DNA of 64,000 nucleotides from Frankiaceae bacterium (GTDB lineage Bacteria; Actinomycetota; Actinomycetes; BP-191): NCBI GenBank assembly GCA_030840645.1, contig JAVEEC010000020.1, positions 173 to 64,172 of the forward strand, read 5' to 3'. Shown piece by piece: positions 55,179 to 61,336 of this stretch (position 1 is its first letter; each line of letters starts with the position of its first letter). The notes under the pieces were generated by a model. It saw only the letters and a program-made list of their open reading frames with translations, ran no database searches and was not told where the DNA came from. The position numbers and the translations under genes were made by a program.

Positions 55179-56863
55179 TCCCACGCTCCGTACCAGTTGG
55201 CGCCGTACCAGTTCGCGCCATACCAGTTGGCGCCGTCGACGGTCCCGTACCAGTTGGCGCCGTACCAGTTCGCTCCGTACCAGTTGGCGCCGTACCAGTT
55301 CGCGCCGTACCAGTTGGCGCCGGCGAACCCGCTGGCGTACCAGTTGGCGCCGGTCCACTCGGTCGACGTGTAGGCGACCGGGTTCCACAGCAGCAGCTGC
55401 GCGGTCAGCATGCCGCCGACGACGGTGTGCAGCGGGTCGTCGGTCTGGACCCGGACGGAGCCGCGGCTCGCGTCGAGGCTGCCGAGGCCGTTCGACCGCG
55501 GGACGCCCTGGTTGGCGAGGCCGGCCGGCGCGAAGAACGCGCCCGCGACGTCGACCATGCCGTTGCCGACGGCCATCCGGTCGTCGGACGCGACGTCGCG
55601 CGCGCTGGCGGACAGCGCGAACTTGACCCGGTCCGGCGCCAGCGTCGGCTGCGCCGAGAGCATCAGGGCGATGGTGCCGGAGACGACGGCGGTCGCCATC
55701 GACGTGCCGCTGCCCCGGCGGTACGGCGCCGCCATGGTGGTCGGGAACTGTTGCGCCAGAGCCGATCCCGGCGCGCTCAACGACACCAGGTGGCCGCCCG
55801 GAGCAACCACGTCGGGCTTTGCGAGCCCGTCCGCGGCCGTCGGGCCGCGCGAGGAGAAGTTCGGCAGCTGGTCGTCGCTCAACGACGCCGTGCCGCGGTC
55901 GTCGACGGCGCCGACGGTGAGGACCAACGGGTCGTCGCCCGGCTTCGAGATGGTGCCGTGGGCGGGGCCGCGGTTGCTCGCGGAGACGACGACGGCGATG
56001 CCCGCGTCCCAGGCCCGCTCGACCGCGTAGTTGAGCGGGTCGACGGTGTAGCTCTGGGTCGAGTCGGTGCCGAGCGAGAGGTTGAGGACCTTGATGCCGT
56101 ACTTCTCGCGGAACGACACCGCCCACTGGATCGCGGCGATGACGTTGCTGACGTCGGCCGCGCCGTCGCGACCGGCGACCTTGATCGAGACCAGCCGCGC
56201 GGCCGGCGCGACGCCCGCGTACTTGCCGTTCGACGCGGCGCCGTTGCCGGCGATCAGGCCGGCGAGGAACGTGCCGTGACCGTAGGAGTCGCCGCAGTCC
56301 GCCTCGCCGGAGAGGTTCACGCACGGGGCGGTCTGGAGGCCGAGCAGCCCGGTGGAGACCGGCATGACGCGGCCGGCCAGGTCCGGCAGGTCGGCGATGC
56401 CGGTGTCGACGAGCGCGACGGTGACGCCGGCGCCCCTGTACCCGGCGTGCTGCACCCAGTCGGCGCGGGTGGCCTTCGCGTAGACGGACTCGACGGGGGC
56501 CGGGCCCTTCGCGGCGCCGCCCTGGACCGTGAGCCTGCGGTCCAGGGAGATGGACGCGACGGCGCCGCTCGTCGCGAGCGCCCTGATCCGGTCCGCGCGG
56601 ATGGTTGCCGCGAAGCCGTTGATCAGTCCGAGGCTCTTGGTCGGCGTGCCGCCGAGGCGGCGGACGGCGCGCTCGGCCGCGTACCCGGTGCCCGGCCGGC
56701 GGACGACGACCACCGCGACGGTGCCGCGCGCGGAGCCGAGCGCGCTGTCGACCGAGGCCCGCGCGAGCGGCCGGGCGGGGGCGGCCGTCGCGGTCGTGGC
56801 GGCCGGCAGGACGGCGAGGAACGCGGTCAGGGTGGCGGCGAGCACTGAGGTGCGCCGAACCAT
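55175..56863 (-). CDS. Secreted S8 subtilase with C-terminal (GANWY)9 pentapeptide repeat tail
   Basis: GGAGGG RBS, ATG 56863. Signal peptide MVRRTSVLAATLTAFLAVLPAATTATAAPA. I9-like propeptide. Triad motifs ALVDTGI, SYGHGTFLAGLIAG, GSGTSMATAVVSG, and oxyanion SASNRG. The tail is TGANWYASGFAGANWY(GANWY)4GTVD(GANWY)3GAWE. Confidence 0.9.
   Translation of the reverse strand: MVRRTSVLAATLTAFLAVLPAATTATAAPARPLARASVDSALGSARGTVAVVVVRRPGTGYAAERAVRRLGGTPTKSLGLINGFAATIRADRIRALATSGAVASISLDRRLTVQGGAAKGPAPVESVYAKATRADWVQHAGYRGAGVTVALVDTGIADLPDLAGRVMPVSTGLLGLQTAPCVNLSGEADCGDSYGHGTFLAGLIAGNGAASNGKYAGVAPAARLVSIKVAGRDGAADVSNVIAAIQWAVSFREKYGIKVLNLSLGTDSTQSYTVDPLNYAVERAWDAGIAVVVSASNRGPAHGTISKPGDDPLVLTVGAVDDRGTASLSDDQLPNFSSRGPTAADGLAKPDVVAPGGHLVSLSAPGSALAQQFPTTMAAPYRRGSGTSMATAVVSGTIALMLSAQPTLAPDRVKFALSASARDVASDDRMAVGNGMVDVAGAFFAPAGLANQGVPRSNGLGSLDASRGSVRVQTDDPLHTVVGGMLTAQLLLWNPVAYTSTEWTGANWYASGFAGANWYGANWYGANWYGANWYGANWYGTVDGANWYGANWYGANWYGAWE
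55190..55351 (-). repeat. 15-nt tandem coding repeat (GANWY x9)
   Basis: On the plus strand, gtaccagtt(g/c)gc(g/t)cc is reiterated with two short interruptions. It is in frame with the S8 gene and ends 12 nt before the stop. Confidence 0.9.
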
Positions 56864-57120
56864 GAAACCCTCCGTAGTCGCCCCGCGACGAAGAGTATTT
56901 GGGTGTCGAGCCCCCGCGGTCCATGAGGCCGTTAGACCCTTTTCCGGTGGTCACCACGGGCCAGGAGACCACCCGTTCGAGTGTCCAGTCCGGTGCCCAC
57001 CGGGCCATCCCGGCGCCCGATACGCCCGGGTCTGCGGTGACTTCGCCAGGAGGAACGGCGGTCCCGGCGGCGAACGGTGCGGCGGAACGTCCCGCACCCC
57101 TCGACCCGCAAGGAGCCCCT

Positions 57121-57285
57121 ATGCGCAAGCTCTCCCTGTCCCGCGAAGTCCTCGCCGAACTCAGCACCGACGAGCTGAGCCAGGTCGTGGGCGGTCAGGC
57201 GACCTTCGTCATCTGTCTGACCGACCCGTGCATCACCCGCCCGGTCACCGGCATCTGGTGCCTGCTGACCGACGGCTGCGCGTAA
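57121..57285 (+). CDS. 54-aa double-glycine-leader, Cys/Thr-rich precursor-like peptide (putative RiPP/bacteriocin/pheromone precursor)
   Basis: AAGGAG (57110..57115), a 5-nt spacer, then ATG. MRKLSLSREVLAELSTDELSQVVGG / QATFVICLTDPCITRPVTGIWCLLTDGCA. Followed by a 16-bp GC hairpin. The upstream part of ORF 56899..57285 has no RBS. Confidence 0.6.
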   Translation: MRKLSLSREVLAELSTDELSQVVGGQATFVICLTDPCITRPVTGIWCLLTDGCA

Positions 57286-57297
57286 CCCGTTCCGCAC

Positions 57298-57336
57298 CCG
57301 AGGCCCCGTCCCCTTCGCCGGGGGGCGGGGCCTCGG
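57298..57336 (+). terminator. Strong GC hairpin after the precursor-like peptide gene
   Basis: ccgaggccccgtcccc-ttcgcc-ggggggcggggcctcgg: a 16-bp stem with one G-U and a 6-nt loop, 13 nt after the TAA. No T tract, which is usual for high-GC actinobacteria. Confidence 0.6.
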
Positions 57337-57351
57337 TCGTACGCTCGCCGC

Positions 57352-57705
57352 GTGGTCACCGTCGAGGACGTCAGGTCGGTCGCGGCGGCGCTGCCGCGGA
57401 CGACCGAGCACCTGATCCACGACCGGGTGAAGTTCCGCGTCGGCAGCATCGTCTACGTCGCCCTGTCGCGGGACGAGGAGTCGATGGGGTTCGCGTTCCC
57501 GAAGGAGGAGCGGGACGCGCTCGTCGCCGCCGAGCCGGCCACGTTCTTCCTGCCGGTCACGTCCGACCTCAGGTACAACTGGGTCTGCGCCCGCCTCGCC
57601 GCGCTCGACCCGGCCGCGTTATGCGAGCTGGTCGTGGACGCCTGGCGGATGGTCGTGCCGAAGCGCGTGGCCGCGGCCTACCTGGAGATGAGCCGCAACC
57701 CGTAG
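57352..57705 (+). CDS. MmcQ/YjbR-family (DUF419-like) protein
   Basis: 117 aa. VEDVRSVAAALPRTTEHLIHDRVKFRVGSIVYVAL...WVCARL...LVVDAWRMVVPKRV resembles the MmcQ/YjbR family layout. Confidence 0.55.
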   Translation: MVTVEDVRSVAAALPRTTEHLIHDRVKFRVGSIVYVALSRDEESMGFAFPKEERDALVAAEPATFFLPVTSDLRYNWVCARLAALDPAALCELVVDAWRMVVPKRVAAAYLEMSRNP

Positions 57706-57741
57706 GCTCGGCTCCTCTCCACCCCTACGGGAGGTCCCCTC

Positions 57742-57939
57742 ATGCGTCGTACCGCCGCCCTGCTCCTCGCCGGCGCCCTGCTCTCGCTGCCCCTCGGCGC
57801 CACGCCCGCGCTCGCCTGCGCCCAGCCCGACGAGGGCCAGCCGCACTGCTGCGAGCCGCCGACCCTCTACGTCGTCGACGTCGGCGGGCACACCGTCGGC
57901 GTCCCCGACCCGACCTGGCAGCCCTGGCGCTGCGAGTAG
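57742..57939 (+). CDS. Small secreted 4-Cys protein (65-aa precursor)
   Basis: GGGAGG sits 7 nt before ATG. Signal peptide MRRTAALLLAGALLSLPLGATPALA, then CAQPDEGQPHCCEPPTLYVVDVGGHTVGVPDPTWQPWRCE. Confidence 0.5.
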   Translation: MRRTAALLLAGALLSLPLGATPALACAQPDEGQPHCCEPPTLYVVDVGGHTVGVPDPTWQPWRCE

Positions 57940-58054
57940 CGGGCGCCCGCTGGGGGTGCGGCGCTGTGGCATACTCCACCGTCGTACGAGATGCCCCTCG
58001 GGAGCGCGTCGCCGGGGGGTCGTTGTACGAAGCGGGGCCTGCGGGTCTCGGGCT

Positions 58055-58126
58055 GGCGGAGTGGCCGAGTGGCTTAGGCAAGGGCCTGCAAAGCCCTGTA
58101 CGCGAGTTCGATTCTCGCCTCCGCCT
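58055..58126 (+). tRNA. tRNA-Cys (anticodon GCA)
   Basis: Acceptor GGCGGAG/CTCCGCC, anticodon arm AGGGC-CTGCAAA-GCCCT, T arm GCGAG-TTCGATT-CTCGC. No encoded CCA. Confidence 0.85.
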
Positions 58127-58127
58127 C

Positions 58128-58199
58128 GGGCGTCTAGCTCAGCGGGAGAGCGCTTCCCTGACACGGAAGAGGTGCGGGGTTCGACACCCCGGTCGCCCA
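58128..58199 (+). tRNA. tRNA-Val (anticodon GAC)
   Basis: Starts 1 nt after tRNA-Cys. Acceptor GGGCGTC/GTCGCCC (one U-U), D arm GCTC-AGCGGGA-GAGC, anticodon arm CTTCC-CTGACAC-GGAAG, T arm CGGGG-TTCGACA-CCCCG. Confidence 0.85.
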
Positions 58200-58209
58200 C
58201 CCACGGAGA
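58186..58209 (+). repeat. Direct repeat, left copy (tRNA-Val 3' end; att-like)
   Basis: accccggtcgcccacccAcggaga. 23/24 identical to 59803..59826. Confidence 0.8.
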
Positions 58210-58256
58210 CGGTCCGGTCGCCTCGCGGCGGCCGGGCCGCTCCCGTCACCCGGCGC

Positions 58257-58316
58257 GGATCGCGACCGCTGGTCGGCGTACTCCCGGTCGGCGAACGACG
58301 CCACGACGAGCCGTTC
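58257..58316 (-). pseudogene. 3'-terminal relic of a paralogue of the 59834..61183 BNR gene
   Basis: ggatcgcgaccgctggtcggcgtactcccggtcggcgaacgac matches 59845..59888 except for a 1-nt indel. It encodes ..SFADREYAD.. and then goes out of frame. Only about 15-20 codons remain. Confidence 0.45.
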
Positions 58317-58446
58317 TCCTCGGTCCCCCGGAGCGGCTGCCCCTCCCATTCTCCGGAGCGCGCTCCCGACCTGCCGTGCGACCATTGACGCCGTTGTCCG
58401 ATATGACTACGTTCGCCCAATTCCCAAGAAGAGATCGGGGGCTCTC

Positions 58447-59076
58447 GTGCGAATCGTCATCGTCGTCGCGGCTATCGCCGCGTTGGTCATCCCCGGCGTC
58501 CCCGCCGTGGCAACCTCGGACCCCGGCGGTGTCTCGTGTGGGTTCTCCTGGGGCCTCGAGCCAGGGGGGCCGCCCGACGAGCAGCTCGTGATCATCCAAG
58601 GCGGCCCGCTCGTCGTCGCCGAGCTGCCGCGCGGCGACTGGCCCCGGACCGAGCCCACCGACCCGGGGTGGGACGCCCTCGCCAACCCCGTGTCGGCGAC
58701 GCTGACCTGCAGCATGCGGAGTGGGTCCACCTATGCCTCACCTGCCTTCGCGTCGGTCTCCGGGTCCGGCACGGGCGTCGTCATCATCCCGCCCACAGCG
58801 GCCACCTACATCTCCTCCTATCCGGGCTACCCCTGCGCCGAGGTCGAGCTCACCGACGCCCACGGCACCGTCACGCATCTCTACTTTGACGACCGCGCGC
58901 GCGAGTTCACGACCGACCCGAGCGTCCCGTGCTACGTCGAGCGGAGCCTCGAGGACCCGATTGACGAGCGGGTGACCTGCCCGGTACTGGAGGAGGCGTT
59001 CCCGCCCGAGGGCGACGTCATCGCGCCCGACCCGGTGGGCAAGCTCTGGGACTGCCGGCCGTACGACCCCGCCTAG
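58447..59076 (+). CDS. Secreted hypothetical protein, tandem paralogue 1
   Basis: 209 aa, GTG start. Signal peptide MRIVIVVAAIAALVIPGVPAVA. Shares ANPVSATLTC, TDAHGT..HLY.D and CPVL.EAFPP.GDV..PDP.GK.WDC.PYDP with the next gene. Confidence 0.7.
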   Translation: MRIVIVVAAIAALVIPGVPAVATSDPGGVSCGFSWGLEPGGPPDEQLVIIQGGPLVVAELPRGDWPRTEPTDPGWDALANPVSATLTCSMRSGSTYASPAFASVSGSGTGVVIIPPTAATYISSYPGYPCAEVELTDAHGTVTHLYFDDRAREFTTDPSVPCYVERSLEDPIDERVTCPVLEEAFPPEGDVIAPDPVGKLWDCRPYDPA

Positions 59077-59107
59077 CCCCGGCCCTACGTCGAGAAGAGG
59101 CACGACC

Positions 59108-59758
59108 GTGAAGACCGTCGTCGCGGTCGCGGCCGCCGCCGCGCTGTTCCTCCCCGCCGTCCCCGCCGTGGCCGTCCCGCGGCAGAGGGGACTCGGCTGC
59201 GGGTACAACTCGGCACCCGACTGGACCGGACCCCCCGACACGGAGCTCGCGATCATCAACGGCGGCCCGTTCGTCGTCGCCGACCTGCCCCGCGCCGACT
59301 GGCCGGGCACCGACCCCACCGCCCCGGGGATCGACCCCCTCGCCAACCCGGTGTCGGCGACGTTGACCTGCACCATCCGCCAGGGGGGCTACGTCACTCA
59401 CGTGTCACCCGTCCTCGCCGCCGCCTCGGCGTCCGGCACCGGCGTCGTGGTCGTCCCGCCGACGCTCGTCCACATCACCGGGTCGCCATCCAGCACGTGG
59501 GGGATCTGCACCGCGTTGGACGTCACCGACGCCCACGGCACCACCGCCCACCTGTACTGGGACACCGCGCGCGCGCAGTTCGGAACCGACCCGAGCGCGG
59601 TGTGCTTCGAACGCTACGAGAGCGACGAGTTCCTGGAGGGGCTGGTCTGCCCGGTGCTGGCGGAGGCGTTCCCGCCCCGGGGCGACGTCGTCCTGCCCGA
59701 TCCGATCGGCAAGGTCTGGGACTGCCCGCCGTACGACCCCACCCAGACACCGTCCTGA
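59108..59758 (+). CDS. Secreted hypothetical protein, tandem paralogue 2
   Basis: 216 aa, GTG start. Signal peptide MKTVVAVAAAAALFLPAVPAVA. Collinear with 58447..59076 over the full length. Confidence 0.7.
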   Translation: MKTVVAVAAAAALFLPAVPAVAVPRQRGLGCGYNSAPDWTGPPDTELAIINGGPFVVADLPRADWPGTDPTAPGIDPLANPVSATLTCTIRQGGYVTHVSPVLAAASASGTGVVVVPPTLVHITGSPSSTWGICTALDVTDAHGTTAHLYWDTARAQFGTDPSAVCFERYESDEFLEGLVCPVLAEAFPPRGDVVLPDPIGKVWDCPPYDPTQTPS

Positions 59759-59800
59759 TCGCGACCGGCACCCCGCCGTCGCGCAGCGCGACCGAGCAGA
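59752..59800 (-). pseudogene. Relic fragment homologous to the middle of gene 63367..63678
   Basis: 47/49 identical to 63476..63524 (encodes FCSVA.RDGGVPVAIRT on the minus strand). It is truncated on one side by the tRNA-Val 3' repeat and overlaps the stop of 59108..59758. Confidence 0.4.
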
Positions 59801-59802
59801 AG

Positions 59803-59826
59803 ACCCCGGTCGCCCACCCGCGGAGA
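59803..59826 (+). repeat. Direct repeat, right copy (partial tRNA-Val 3' end; att-like)
   Basis: accccggtcgcccacccGcggaga. It is not part of a complete tRNA. Confidence 0.8.
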
Positions 59827-59833
59827 GTTCTCG

Positions 59834-61183
59834 TTACCGGGTGAGGATCGCGACCGCCGGGTCGGCGTACTCCCGGTCGGCGAACGACACCGCGATCGTG
59901 CCGTCCGGCAGGATCGCCACCGAGGTGAAGTCGACCCGGGCGTTCGACGAGACGGCCGTCGCGTCCAGGCCGACCGTCGACGACATGTTCCCGGCGCCGA
60001 CGAAGTACGTCTTCTCGAGCCGCGGCGTCCCCGACCTGGTGTCGATCCGCATCACCATGTCCTGGAACACGTGGCTCTTCGGGTCGCCGTCGTCGGTGTC
60101 CGCGTGGGCGGCGACGACGGTCAGCCCCAGTTTGCCGTTCGTCTTGAAGTCGTACGTCTCGATCACCGGCTCCCCGGGGAACGTGAACGTCCGCTCCGTC
60201 CAGGTGCGGCCGCCGTTGCGCGACAGCCGGTAGGTCACGTCGCCGCCCTCGGTGACGACCTCGTGCAGCCAGCCGCGCGAGTCGGTGTGCAGCGGCCCGG
60301 TGATCTCGTGCTCGTTCGGGAGCGTGAAGCAGGACCACGAGCCGTTCGACGTCAGGAGCTGCGTCTTGCAGGTCTGCGTCCTGTCGAACGACAGCGCGCC
60401 GCGCGACAGCCCGGCCAGGCCGGTCTGCGCCTGCTCCTGCATGTAGTCGAGGTCCGGGTCCGGTTGCGTCGGGAGGTACGCGTTCACCGGCGCGTTGCGG
60501 ACGGCGTCGAGGTCGCGCTGGGTCGGCGTGAAGTAGTTGAGGCCGTCGGTGCTCATGAGAACGGCCTTGCGGTTCGAGTTGGAGAGCACCAGCGCGACCC
60601 AGGGGAACGTCGCGCCGTTGATCGTGAACGGTCCCTTCGCCACGGCGACCCACTCACGGTCGTAGAACGGCTCGTGCAGCGGCGCCTCCTGGTAGTACCA
60701 CTTCTTGTCCTGCGCGGAGTAGTAAAAGGACTGCAGCCGGTCGCCGCTGTACGGGTCCCACCCGATGCCGAGGATGTCGCCGCCGGGCGCCTGGACGACG
60801 GTGCCCTCACCGCCCGCCAGGATCAGGTCCCCGTCGGGGAGCCGCGACGTGCTCGGCACGGCAGGCGCGACCTCGGTCCAGGTGCGGCCCTGGTCGTCGG
60901 AGTAGATCGGGTACGTGCCGCCGAACTCGATCAGCCGGCCGGTCCGCGTCGCCGTGACGAGGACCTCGCAGCAGTTGCCGCCGGCCTTCGTCAGCCGCCA
61001 CTTGGCGCTGCCCGCGCGCTTCCCGCGGGCGTCGTAGACCGGGAAGCTCTTGACGACGGACTTGTCCCCGAGCCTGCTCTCCGAGGTCGGCAGCGCGCCC
61101 TGCGGCGCGGAGAGCGCCGCGACGGCGAGGGCGGCCAGGGTCGCGGCGGCGAGGCCGAGAGCGGGCCGGGGGCGTACGCGCAC
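59834..61183 (-). CDS. Secreted BNR/Asp-box (sialidase-fold-like) protein
   Basis: Start set at GTG 61183 (GGAGG 7 nt upstream; VRVRPRPALGLAAATLAALAVAALSAPQG signal). Asp-boxes SDDQGRTW and SRNGGRTW. 449 aa. Confidence 0.75.
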   Translation of the reverse strand: MRVRPRPALGLAAATLAALAVAALSAPQGALPTSESRLGDKSVVKSFPVYDARGKRAGSAKWRLTKAGGNCCEVLVTATRTGRLIEFGGTYPIYSDDQGRTWTEVAPAVPSTSRLPDGDLILAGGEGTVVQAPGGDILGIGWDPYSGDRLQSFYYSAQDKKWYYQEAPLHEPFYDREWVAVAKGPFTINGATFPWVALVLSNSNRKAVLMSTDGLNYFTPTQRDLDAVRNAPVNAYLPTQPDPDLDYMQEQAQTGLAGLSRGALSFDRTQTCKTQLLTSNGSWSCFTLPNEHEITGPLHTDSRGWLHEVVTEGGDVTYRLSRNGGRTWTERTFTFPGEPVIETYDFKTNGKLGLTVVAAHADTDDGDPKSHVFQDMVMRIDTRSGTPRLEKTYFVGAGNMSSTVGLDATAVSSNARVDFTSVAILPDGTIAVSFADREYADPAVAILTR

Positions 61184-61336
61184 GAAGGGTCCTCCGGGGA
61201 CGGCGTTGGCGAGACCTACCTCATTCGCCGGACCGCACGCCGGACCTGCCCGCCGTACGACTCCTCGCGGCAACGGGCGTACGGGACATAACGCGAAGAC
61301 GGTTCACCCGGCGAGAACGCGACCGATACTCACTGC

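Noticed and set aside
55190-55351. Possible CRISPR-like or minisatellite array (15-nt direct repeats)
   Set aside because: There are no spacers. The repeat period is a multiple of 3 and lies in frame inside the S8 gene (GANWY units), so it is a coding tandem repeat and not a CRISPR array.
52923-57167. 1414-aa single ORF
   Set aside because: It is a chimera. The C-terminal 751 aa are the histidine kinase. The N-terminal 660 aa are an Arg/Gly-rich shadow of the S8 subtilase gene, which is encoded in another frame of the same strand (55175..56863).
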